The notes beneath the pieces are model-generated. The model had not been told where the DNA came from. It did not search any database and saw nothing but the letters and a program-made list of their open reading frames with translations. This document shows, piece after piece, positions 38,809 to 50,965 of a DNA stretch of 64,000 bases. Source of the DNA: Paraspadella gotoi (taxonomy: Eukaryota > Animalia > Chaetognatha); NCBI GenBank assembly GCA_051294375.1, contig CM119263.1:18500628-18564627 (forward strand), given 5' to 3'. The position numbers and the translations under genes were made by a program. The stretch's first letter is position 1, and every line of letters starts with the position of its first letter.

Positions 38809-39279
38809 AATTTTATCCTTTAAGATAAGCTGTCTTTAAAACAGTTTCATTTTCGTTTTGATTGATGCTAAGTTGGTAGTATACAAGCACAGAATGGAAC
38901 ACATATTTCTTCCCTCGACTTTCTTACTCCTGTTTAATTTTCATACAACTTTAACATTTGACCCATAACTCGGAGAGCGTTTGTACTTTCATAATAAAAT
39001 ACTTTTTTGAAAATATTATTCCTGAGTTAAAACTTTCAAATTTTTTCTCGTATCTCCTCCCTTTTCTCTGTTTCCAACGGGGCAAAAAAATCCCAAAAAA
39101 TCTGGTTAATCTCCTTCACTGAGAGGGTTTTCTCTCTCTTTCTCTCTCTCTCTCTCTCTNNNNNNNNNNNNNNNNNNNNNNNNNNNNNNNNNNNNNNNNN
39201 NNNNNNNNNNNNNNNNNNNNNNNNNNNNNNNNNNNNNNNNNNNNNNNNNCTCTCTCTCTCTCTCTCTTCTCCGGGAGGG

Positions 39280-40480
39280 TTTTGCAGTCCTTGAATCACG
39301 TCTCGAGTTTTGCTCCCAGACGCCAAAGCCAGAGGCGAAGAAAAATAGAGAAAACTTTCATGTTTTCTTTTTCAAATTTCAACCAAAAAAAAAAAAGATA
39401 AAATTTTTTAATAAAGAAAAAAAATTCCGCCTCTGATTTTATCCCCGATTTCAATTTTCTATTTCCCCCCCCCCTTTTTGACAAAACTTTTGTGTGGGAG
39501 GCGATGACGACTATGAGAACGTCGATACTAAGAGCCGCCGTCATAACTCTGTTGCAATGAGTGAGATAATGTTGATAAGTATGATAAAAGTTGCATGTTT
39601 TGTGTTTAGTTCGACAAATTAACGCTATGACAAGTCAGTATCTGCGCCAACCGATAATGCGATCAAAAAGAGTGACGGGTTACGAAAAATAAATAAGAAT
39701 CGCGAGAGAAAAGATCAAAGAGATAAAATCTGCGAGGGCGATGAATGCGCGGGCGTGGCTTGGTAGCAAATCCCGTCCCTCGTTTTTCGATTAACTCGCA
39801 AATTCATGATTTTGATGCGGGTTTTCAGAGAGACGACGAGCTCGCTTTTAAATAATTTGGAGACTGTCCGGTCTCCTTTTAGTTTATCCCTCGGCTTAAT
39901 CAAACAAATTAATTAATTACCAGATGGTACATTTTCGTTAAAACTAAGGGGCAACTGTGCAATCATTTTATGGCAATCGTAACTTTCTCGCGATATAATT
40001 TCGCCTCGAAAAAACTTTTAATTAATTTTTTTTTTTTTTTTGGTTTTTGTTTCTTATCGAGAAAACTTTCATTAACGATTTTTCTTTCCTCATTTCCAAG
40101 TTCGGTTGGGGAAACGGGGGATTAAAAAGGATGTGCGGGAGGCGATGATAAGAAATCTATTAAATTTGACGGAAAAAAGAAAGAAAAAGAAAGGCAGGAA
40201 TAAATAAAGAAAGAAAGAAAAGAAAAACGGCGCCAGGGAAAGAGATGGCGCGGAATGAGGGGAGGAGAGACAGACAGAGAGAGACGGACAGAGAGAGACG
40301 GACGGACGGACAGAGACAACGAGCAACAAAAGCGAATAAAGAAGAAAGAAAAAAACGCGATAATAGGATGATAACTGCCAGTGACTCATGGGCCTCTAAT
40401 GGATAAACGTTTAAGGGGAACATAGAGAGCGAATTGTTTGACAAAGCGTTGAGCTGCGGGATAAAAATAATACAGCGCAT
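39280..40480 (-). CDS. Putative rhodopsin-like (class A) GPCR, TM1-TM4 region, frameshifted by sequence errors
   Basis: Minus strand ~39755-39685 reads AFIALADFISLIFSLAILIYF; the second copy adds actgtag, giving LATVD (TM2 LAxxD). ~39598-39495 reads TCNFYHTYQHYLTHCNRVMTAALSIDVLIVV, with Cys exactly 24 residues before Asp (C3.25 to D3.49 spacing). TM1-like FSFFFPSNLI at ~40160-40190 and a hydrophobic TM4-like segment at ~39360-39320. TM5-7 not recognised. Confidence 0.55.
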
Positions 40481-41024
40481 TTTAACTGGCTGTTTTACGA
40501 AGCAGAGACGGTTTTAATAATTTAAGCCTGTTTACATGATTTATTGTACAATGTGCATTTAACGGTTTTTTTATAAATGTAATATAATTTTATAGAAATT
40601 TTTTTTGTATGTATGTGTTGTAGAATAGGAGAAATAGCCATACTGTCAAGGATGTTTTATGGTGGGAAGAATTAAAATAACGAGANNNNNNNNNNNNNNN
40701 NNNNNNNNNNNNNNNNNNNNNNNNNNNNNNNNNNNNNNNNNNNNNNNNNNNNNNNNNNNNNNNNNNNNNNNNNNNNNNNNNNNNNNNNNNNNNNNNNNNN
40801 NNNNNNNNNNNNNNNNNNNNNNNNNNNNNNNNNNNNNNNNNNNNNNNNNNNNNNNNNNNNNNNNNNNNNNNNNNNNNNNNNNNNNNNNNNNNNNNNNAAA
40901 ACTTGACGGCGAAGATGACAAGAGAAAAAAATGATAAGGGAACTTGAATTAACAATGAAACGGTTGAATGGGCGACGTTTGAGAGAGATGGAGACAGAGN
41001 NNNNNNNNNNNNNNNNNNNNNNNN

Positions 41025-41053
41025 TGTTTTGTGATAACTTTTCTTTCATTTTT

Positions 41054-41090
<37 letters not shown>

Positions 41091-41107
41091 TTTCTTTCTT
41101 TCTTTCT

Positions 41108-41138
<31 letters not shown>

Positions 41139-44100
41139 CTTTGTTTCCGCAACGATTGTGAGTCGATTTGTCATCAAAATTTCACGATGATATTAAAAAA
41201 ACGGATTTTGTGATTAAACGACGTGAAGGTGAATCAAAATCTCGTGTGTCCGCGGCCTTCATAATATCAATCAAAAACTCCTCTTCTCTCTCTCCTGGCT
41301 TCTTTCTCTCTCTCCTCTCTCTGCCGTACTCCTCTCTCTCTCTCTCTCCTCCCTCTCTCTCTTTCCCGACTCTCTTCCCCACCAAGCCTCGCTCCTCAGC
41401 CTTCTCACACACTATTTCTTCGTTGGAGCGGTGAAAATGAAAGCAGAAAAACATTAGCGCCCGCGTGCGCTTTTTTCTACAGAAGCTTTATTTATGCAAA
41501 TGAGCTGTTTTGGGGTTTTTATTTAAACGTCTTCCTATTCATCCAAAAAGTCATTTTCGCCGTTCATTCGTTTTCGAAAAAGGATATTGAGGAGCCGTGT
41601 CGAAAAAAGAAAAATATTTTGGATTGAGATAGTTGATGTAGAAGCAGAAGAGATTCTTTGAACAGACTGACTGGAAAATAGAGGAAAGGAGAGAAGAAAA
41701 AATGTAGGAAAAAAAGAAAAGGCAATAAAGAATAAGAAGAGAAATAAAAAAAGAAAAAAAAAATATTTGAAGAGAAGTGAGAAAATAAAAATTAAAAAAC
41801 TATTATTTAAAAGCAAAATATTAAAAAAAAGACTAAGGTAATATTTACAAAGAGAGATAGAGAGAAATTCATCCAAAAAGTTTAATAAGAAAAACAAAAA
41901 CAAACCTAAACATTGAACATGGAGAAACATGCAAGGGGCCACAATTGGGCTCCTTTCCATTTTCTTTTTCCTTCTCAGTTTTTTTTTTCAAATTGTGAAC
42001 GGACTAACGTAAGTTGAAGTTTCACAGTCGATAAACGATTGAATGTCTTTTTTTTTCCCCGCACCGTTTCGTTATCGTCCCCCGGAGGTCAGGTTCCGTT
42101 CTTACACCGTGTTACTCGTCCCCCTCGTCTGTCCTCATCTTTTCCCGGCTCTTTTCTTCCTCTGGCCTCGACCTTACCTCCTCACGATTCGCCTGGCTAG
42201 CCTCGCATGCTGATCTTTACTGCCTTTACTCGCCCTTCCTCAGATCGGATCTCTAGGTCCGCCGGGAAGCACTGGCTCCTCACTCTTCCCTCGCCAGACA
42301 AAGCGCCCGTAAAAAGCCTAGCTGAGAGGTGACAGAAATGTTTGTGACAGAGATTATGGAACGATAGGGATGACAGAACTGACGGATGGTACGAAGGGGA
42401 TGACACCAAGAATGACGGATTTATAAATGTACCGGAAGGGATGACAGAACCTGACGGTGTAACAATAGGCGAAGTGGTAGATTGACAGAAAACTAGACTG
42501 ATGTTTACTGAATTTAGAGGATTTGACAGGACTGGGGATGGACATGCGGGAAAATGGGTGATGACAGAACTGAGGAATAGTCGCGGTATTGAGGGGTATT
42601 GGTTTTACATCGACTCTCGGATTGCAATTCTTGTACGAAAAGTTTGTGATTGCTCTACTAAGTAGCAATTAACCATTAACGACAAATAGTTTTTTTAAAA
42701 CTTCGCTCGAAAATACGATTATAATTAGATACAAACGACAGAAATTGTTTAAACAAATTAAAAGGAAATCATGGAATAGAAAACGGGGTAAAAAATTTAG
42801 GGATTAAACCCTTTTCTAAAAAACTATGGAAATTTTTTTTTTTGTTTATTATTTTACAATAATTTCCTATGAAATTTACAACGAACGAAGTCCCCATAGA
42901 CACGACAAAAAAGCCGACAAGACGGTAGGTAGAGTAGGAGAATGATGCGTCGCGTCTGACAGGAGAAACGAATCCGACACCCGGCTCTACCGCGGAACTC
43001 AAATGTATGGGCCGCGAACTGATGGACAAAGAGCGGTCGTGCCGGCGCGGGTCCCGGTTAGACCTGACAGAGTGATGTTGAAATCGTGAGTAGGGGAGCC
43101 GAAGAGGAGGAATAGGAGGGAAGAGGAGCAAGGAGAGGAAGACGAGAAGGCACGTCGGGACTCTGGGGGCGTCGCTCCAATTAGGGATACAACAACCCTT
43201 CACTGAGGGTCTTTCTGGGGAATTTCTCATCAGACGCCTTCGACTCTGGGGTGGAGTAGTTTTGGTTCCCATAGTTTTTTCAAAAAAATAACCGAATAAT
43301 TAAAAATGTACATTTTATTTTAAACATTTAGTTAGGGAATGATTCCCTTTAGTCGAGGATTACGGAATTTATATTTATTAAACAAAAGCCTACTGTGGAC
43401 AATAATTAAGTAATTTCGAAGCTTTTTGGAAATGAAATTACACATCCAATATCTTGGTGGGGCAACTACACTAATACTAAAAAACTCTCTTTTGTTCTTA
43501 CATAATTCACAAAGTGCACTCCCACCATTTTAAACTTAAGCTATTCTTCTTCTCCGATTTCACTTTCCATTGCTCCAACTTACTCTCCACTCCAACACCG
43601 CCTCCCTACCCATACCTCATCAAAACTTCCTTTTCGCCGCTCCGCTTTCCAACGCACTTCGTCCTCCAGAGTCGGAACGAAGGTATGGCAGCGAATGGCA
43701 TGTTCGCGAATGTATTTTTTCCAGCCGAGGCGGCGTTTTCTATACCTCGGATAGTTTTCCTGATTAGAGTCCGACGCCCAGAAGAAAAATACACTTCTGA
43801 TTTCTACTTTCATGTTACACTTTTTTTTTCACTTTCTTCCTTTTTTTCCCTTCGTCCCTTTATTATTCCATTATTCTCCCTTTTTTGCGCGTCATCGGCC
43901 TCTCTAGTTGAATTTGAAGTTGTATCCGCTTCTCTCTCCCAATAACTTTTACCCCGCGTGACTCTTTTCATAATCGAGCCTGCTGCTTGCTTGTGTTCTT
44001 GCTTCTCCGCTTGCTTGCTTTCTTTCATTAATCTTTACTTCTTTACTATTCTTCTCTTCATTTCTTTTTTCTTTCTTTTCTTTTCTTTCTTTTCTTTCTT

Positions 44101-45232
44101 TTTTTTCTTTTCATTTTTTTTTTTTTTCTTTCCATATTAATTTTTTTGTTTATTCTTTAAGTTTTTTCTGCTTTCTCATTTTTTTTTATTGCAACATTTG
44201 ATAAAATTAACTTATAAAAAGAAATATTATTATGAATTGCGGGCTTGTATATAACTATTTCGCTGCGTTGTGGTTCGAAATGAATTTCTACGTCTCCATT
44301 TATTCCTCAATTGATTTTCTGTGTGTTTCTAAATAATAATCCAATTTTTTTCGTTCTTTTTCGCGTCCTTTCCAATTCAACACCTTATCCTTCACATGTC
44401 TCTCTCCTCTTCTTTCCTCCTCCTTTTTCTTATCTGGCATCCTTTCGTCATCATCCTTCATTTCGTTTGCCTTTTCCTCATTTAATTTTTATAGTGTTTA
44501 TTACATCTTTTTTTTCCTTTCAACTAAGATTATTCCCCTTTTATTTTAATCTTAATGTTTAACAGATCCAGTTCAAACGAGATATTTTTTAAAAAAAAAC
44601 CATTGTTTTCAGTGCATAAAAAAAAAAAGAAGCAATTAAATAGAAATTAATAAATTTATCTGATATCGAGTCGGGTTAAAAAAAAAATTTTAGATTGAAA
44701 GTAAAAAATATATCGTCGGGACTTATTCACAAGACGGTAATTAATTGATTGTTTACTAGAGCAAAAGTATAGTATATATTAGTGATCAATTTGCTACCAC
44801 AGAAAACGTATCTAAGAGCAATCATTTTTTTTTGAAGACAATTAACCTTAAATAGTATTCCTATTATTATTCTCTAATTAAAACCCCAATGGTTATTCTG
44901 TTTTACCAAAATAAAAAATTTCAGAAAAAAAATACGAAAAGAAAATCTTGAATCGAGTAGAACGCCTCTGTTCACACAAAATGCCCTAAACACTTGTTGA
45001 GCAAAAAAAAAAAAAAGAAGAAAAAATGTACCTAGACCTAAAAAAGTAAAAAGAAAAATATTTTGGAAGTTTTCCCGCTGGTAAAGTGTTTCGGGAGAAA
45101 AAGAAAAGAAGACTGAGGAAAGGAAAAGACTTGCGAATGAGGATCCCAACCAACATGATGGCGTCATAGCGTCAGTGTTTTCTATTTGAAAATTTTTCAT
45201 AAGTAGTGGAAGACAACACTCGTCCCTCGTCA

Positions 45233-45264
<32 letters not shown>

Positions 45265-47615
45265 CTCTACTCTCTCGTCCCCTAATGCAAAACTGCAGGA
45301 CCCTCGACTACGCATGCGCGCACCATAAAATGAATCGCGAAACGAATAATTATGCAAACAATTTGTGTTTTTTTTTCCTATTCTTTTCTGCCTAAAAAAT
45401 AAGGGGATTGTTCCCCTCGAGTCGGGCTCAACCTGATTATATTCCCAAGATCGCCCGGAAAATTAAATGAATCGGGCCAGAGTAGAGAAGAGAGAGAGAG
45501 AGAGAGAAGGAAGCGAGAAGCGAGGAAGTACCGAAGAGGCCAGAGTGAGCTGAAGCGAGGACGCAGAGGATGACCGAGAGGGGAGAAATTGGAGAGAGGA
45601 TCCAATTTGATTGGAAGCGAGGAGAGATCGACCACAGAGGATAGGATACTCTGAGGAGAGAGCGAGAGAGACTAAAAAGCGACCATTCAGAGGGAATAAC
45701 AAGGAAATAATAAAAAAAGGCTTCGATAATGGACTTAGTGGCAATTCGCACTAATCGTATTCAGGTTTCCATTGGCTTTCGATCTCGACGTGAACGGAAC
45801 GCGTACGGATTTCACGGGATATTAGTACGGACTGGTCTCGGGTGTCTAAGTGAATCAATCCTCTTGAAGACCGATTAGGAAAGGAATTTTGATTATCCTA
45901 CTTTCTTCTTCCTTTTTCGAATTTCAGGTAACTTCCAAACGCTCTCTCCCATCACGCGAACCCCCCCAACTACTACCCAAAAACCTAGCGTTTTATCGTG
46001 AGCCGACGGTCTCAGGAAATCCCAACCCCGTCTGGAAAAAGTCCTGGATTACGGTATCAGCGTGTCGAAGCGGAAAAAAATATGTTTATATTTAGCGAAG
46101 AGAGAAATTTGAGGAGAACTGGTGTAAGTGATATTCGTTATAAGTTTGGTACAGTTAAAGCCCGCGGTAATTGATATGTAGAGGAGAGAGTTACGCTGGC
46201 GGATCGGCGGACGAAATGAAGGTCGGGAAAAAAAAAAATATAGGGAGGCCTTTGTGGGTGTTCGAGTCATGATTCATGCGCAAACCAGAAAACAACAGTG
46301 AAAACAGGTTCGACTGCAGTTTAGCGGGGAAAATATTTATGGTTAAATTAGGAAAAAGGGGATCGATGTTTTATTTGTTTAAAAAAATCGCGAAGGGGAA
46401 AAAAATAATTACAGGATTTCTAATAAAAATGAAGTCTGAGAAACATGACCCATTTAACAAGGACGGAGTGAAAACCCAATGATTTATTGGGTTATAAAAA
46501 TGGCGACCGGATTTTTTTAATCTAGACGAGAAAAAAATTATCCATCCAGAAGGATAACGACTTTTTTCTCCTTCTCTTCACCGAATGATATAAGTAATAA
46601 AATGAAAAAAGTTCCCGATCCGAAAGGGGAAGAACCGATGAGGAGTTTATAAAAAAAAAAAGAAAGTATGTTCAAAATGAAGAAAACAACATAAATGAAT
46701 ATCGAAGTAGAAAGTGTTGAGATAAAAAATAAATACAATCGAAAACCCAAGGACGCGGGTTTAAGTTGAATCAAGGCTTTTCCCAATATTACCTTAGTCC
46801 CACTCATTATGGGTCTTCTTTCTTTCGTCCCTTCTGGCCATTCTTTTCCTTTTTTCCTTTTCCCGCTTTTTTCCCTTTTTTTCCTTTCCCTGATTTTTCC
46901 TCGCGATTCTTTCCTATTTTCCTTCCATGTTTTGCCTCTTCTTTTTTCAAAACCATTCTCTCTAAATAAGTGCCCCGTTGATTTTTTTACGGGAAACCCA
47001 TTTTTCAGGCGATTAAAACTATTATTGACTTCGTGAAGTTCCTTACTATTTGTAATTTTCTAGGTTAATATTTTACCCCAGGGGATAACCCCTCCGCCCA
47101 ATCAAATCATTACGCGCCACATGTCTTATGGGGTCGCGGTTTCTTCGCACACCAGATAGACATATTGCAAAACACTTTTGAACTCTCGAACGGAAGCAAT
47201 TGGCATCGAGAAGATGATGGAAACACCAAAACTGGGCGGGAAATAAACTACTTTTGAAGACAGAACTTCGAGAAACGTAAAAACTCAATATCTTTACAGA
47301 CTGGAGCGAGTGGGTTGAATGAAGGTTAAAGAAAGAGAATTCAAACGTTGGGTGGCAAACCTCATTTTTGAAACTGAAGACCGTTTCTTTTCACTTCGAC
47401 TTCATTTTTCTTTTCCTTTTTTCTTTCCTTTTTTTTTCATTCCTTTTTCTTCTTGTCCATCTTTTTTGCAGGACCGCACAGACCGCGGATATAGGTTTCG
47501 TTTTATATTGTCCCGCATCCAGGCCTTCTTCATTAATGGACGGAAAATGTGACCGACATTTATCTTTGCATTTTACTCATAACATGTTATTGAAAAGGAA
47601 AAGAAAAAGAGGACC
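41025..47615 (+). repeat. Insertion-rich direct duplicate of ~26877-32390 (block E)
   Basis: Collinear, e.g. gagtcgatttgtcatcaaaatttcacgatgatattaaaaaa at ~27020 and ~41160. Longer than the first copy through scattered 1-nt insertions, and it fills the N-gaps at 30179-30436 and 30543-30863. Starts after a 25-N gap. Confidence 0.93.
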
Positions 47616-48519
47616 AGAGATGAAAATTAAGATTTTTTAAGAGATGAAGATGAAAGAGAACCTTATTTTGGCTTTTCCATTTAAAATGAAGGAGAGAGGA
47701 CGAGATACGAGAGAGCAGAGAGAAGAGCGAGAGAGGAGAGAGAGAGAGAGACCTTGGGTTGTTAGCAAACTTGGTGGGATATTATAATTGCTATTAGGAT
47801 GATTATTATGTTTAATTTAATTGAAATTTTTTTGTGAAAGAGAGATGACGAGTTAAGATAGGAGGGAGCGGAATTGAGGAGAGAGAGAGACGAGGATTAC
47901 TGAAAACAATCCAATCAGTGAGATGAGACTTTCTGATAGATAATTTAAAAAGAGAGACAGTAAACTGAAAGAAAATGCAACATAGTGACAGAGACTTGTG
48001 CCAGAGTGTCTGATTGAGACGGAACGCCTTCCGTTACACAGAACACCTCTGAACAGAGGGGAAGATGGGAGCCCAAAACTATCGTTTAATTGTGTTAAGA
48101 TAAAAATTAGATGTAGGGAAGAGAGAGAATATCCCACATTGTTTCTCACCGCCCGGGTTTCCGGTCGTTATGTAAACCAATTTACATTATTTTTTTATAT
48201 CTTGCTAATAATATGGACAAGTTATTAATTTCCGAATCAATATTTCTGCGATTTCGAGCGTTTTCATACTTCTTAGTTCTTCTGAAAGTATATAATGCCG
48301 ATTTACAATTTCAATAGAACTCCTGTTTTCATTTGGTCGGTTCTTAGTGTCTTTTCGTAGCCTTCTAGTGCGACCGATTTGAAAGACAGAAACGTCCATA
48401 GAATCCTTCGTTTGCATCTTTCGCGGATGTTATATACCCCTTTTGAAACCGCGCCCCGACACAGCTACGCCTCTGACCTCCCACCCAACACCGCCCAGCA
48501 CGAAGACATATAATTCGCC

Positions 48520-50965
48520 TCGCCACCCCACGACATCTCCCCCCAACACACACTTTAAATTGCGCCTTCTCACGCCACGACCCCAACCAACTCCTCACCG
48601 TTCCCGCGTCTCGAATATTCAACTCTGGCTTCCTACCGGAGATTATTACCTTTCTTCTTTCCTCCGGATGATGTATCCGATCTACCAAATGAAACTTACC
48701 TTCACGATAGTCGGGAAACTTACCGGGTTGAATGGATGATACTTGAGACGGGAATTGGAAATTGGATCAAAGACGAAATCTCGTTTTCCTCTTCTTTAGA
48801 ATTACAAGAAAGCGACTTCCCTTTTTCATGTCTTTTTCTTTTCTTTCTGTTTTCTTTCTTTCTTTCTTTCTTTTCTCTTTCTTTCTTTCTTTCTTTCGTT
48901 TTCTACTGTTCTTAAATCTGTTCTTTATTTCTTCGTTCTTCTTTCTCTTCTTTTAATTTACCTTTAAGATAAGCTGTCTTTTTAATAACAGTTTCATTTT
49001 TTTCGTTTTGATTGATGCTAAGTTGGTAGTATACAACACAGAATGGAACACATATTTCTTCCCTCGACTTCTTACTCCTGTTTTTTAATTTTCATACAAC
49101 CTTTAACATTTGACCCCATAACTTCGGGACGAGCGTTGTTGTACTTTCATAATAAAATTACTTTTTTTGAAAATATATTTTATTCCTGAGTTAAAAACTT
49201 TCAAAATTTTTTCTCGTATCTCCTCCCTTTTCTTGTTTCAACGGTGGGCAAAAAAATCCCAAAAAAAATCGTGTTTAATCTCCTCAACTGAGAGGTTTTT
49301 TTCTCTCTCTTTCCTCTCTTTTCTCGTTTTTTTCTTTTTCCTCCTCTCTCTCTCTCTCTCTCCTCTACTCTCTCTCTGTTTCTCCTCTCTCTTCTCTCTA
49401 CGTCTTCCCGGAAGCCAGTGAGTTGTTTGGCAGTCCTTGAAATCAACGTCTCGAGCTTTTTTGCTCCCAGACGCCAAAGCCATAGGCGAATAGGAAAAAA
49501 TAAGAGAGAAGTAACTTTGCGCGAATGTTTTCTTTTTTCAATATTTCAATCCAAAAAAAAAAAAAGATAAAAGAGTTTTGTTAATAAAGAAAAAAAAAAA
49601 ATGTGCCCCGCCGTCTGATTTTATCCCCATTTCAATTTTTTTTTTTTTCTTATATTCGCCCCCCCGCGCCCCCCCTTTTTGGGAGCAAAAAACTTTTGTG
49701 TGAAAGGTGCAATGTTTCATGCGGAGGCGATGACGACTATGTGAACGTCAAGGATACTAAGAGTCCGCCGTCATAGCTCTGTTTGGGCAATGAGTGAAGA
49801 TAATGTTTTGATTAAGTATGAATAAAACTTGCATGTTTTTGTGGTTTTTAGTTTCGACAAATTAACGCTATGACAAGTCTAGGATCTGCGCCAAACCGAT
49901 AATGCGATCAAAAAGAGTGACGGCCGTTTACCCGAAAAAATAAATAAGAATCGCGAGAGAAAGATTCAAAGAGTATAAAATCCTACAGTTGCGAGGGGCG
50001 ATGAATGCGCCGGGCGTGGTCTTGTAGCCCCAAATCGCCGTCCCTCGTTTTTTCGATTAACTCGCAAGAAATTTCATGATGATTTTGATGCCGGGGTTTT
50101 TTCAGAGGAGGACGACGATGCTCGCTTTTTTAAATAATTTGGAGACTTCCGTCTCCCTTTTTAGTTTATCCCCTTCGGGCGCTTTAATCCAAAAACAAAT
50201 TAATTAATTTACCAGATTGGTAACGATTGTTCGGGGTTAAAACTAAGGGCAACCTGTGCCCCAATCATTTTATGCCCAATCGTAACTTTTCTCGCGATAT
50301 AATTTATCGCCTTCGAAAAAACTTTTAATTAATTTTTTTTTTTTTTTTTTTCGGTTTTTCGTTTTCTTATCGAGAAAACCTTTCATTAAAGCGATTCTTT
50401 TCCTTTCCGTCATTTCCAAGTTCAGAACTTGGGAAACGGGGGGAATTAAAAAGTATGATGTGCGGGGAAGAGCGATGATAAGAAAATCCTCATGTAAAAT
50501 TTGACGTGAAAAAAAATAAGATAAAAGAAAAAGAAAGGAAGAGAGCAATAAATAAAGAAAGAAAGAAAAGAAAAAACGGATCCCAGTCCGGCCAGGGAAA
50601 GGATGCGCCGGAATGATGGTGGAGGAGAGACCAGACAGAGAGATCGGAACAGAGGAAAGAGACGGCGGACGGACGGAGCCAGAGACCAACGAGCCCAACA
50701 AAAGCGAAAATAATAGGAGAAAGGAAAAAAAAAAAAAAACGCTGTTAATAGGATGATGAACTGCCCAGTGACTTCATGGGCTCGTGAATAGAAAACGGTT
50801 TAAGGGAAGCAATTAGGAGAGCGAATTGTTTTTCTTTTTTGACAAAGCCGGTTGAGCTGCGGAGATAAAAATAATACCAATGCGCATTTTTAACTGGCTA
50901 TTTTACGATATGCCTAGCAGCGGCTTATAATTTTTAAGCCTCGTCTTTTGCATGATTTATTGTAA
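48520..50965 (+). repeat. Insertion-rich direct duplicate of ~38432-40550 (block F, GPCR-like region)
   Basis: Collinear, e.g. ggatgatgtatccgatcta at ~38555 and ~48666, and catgatttattgta at ~40536 and ~50951. Confidence 0.92.
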
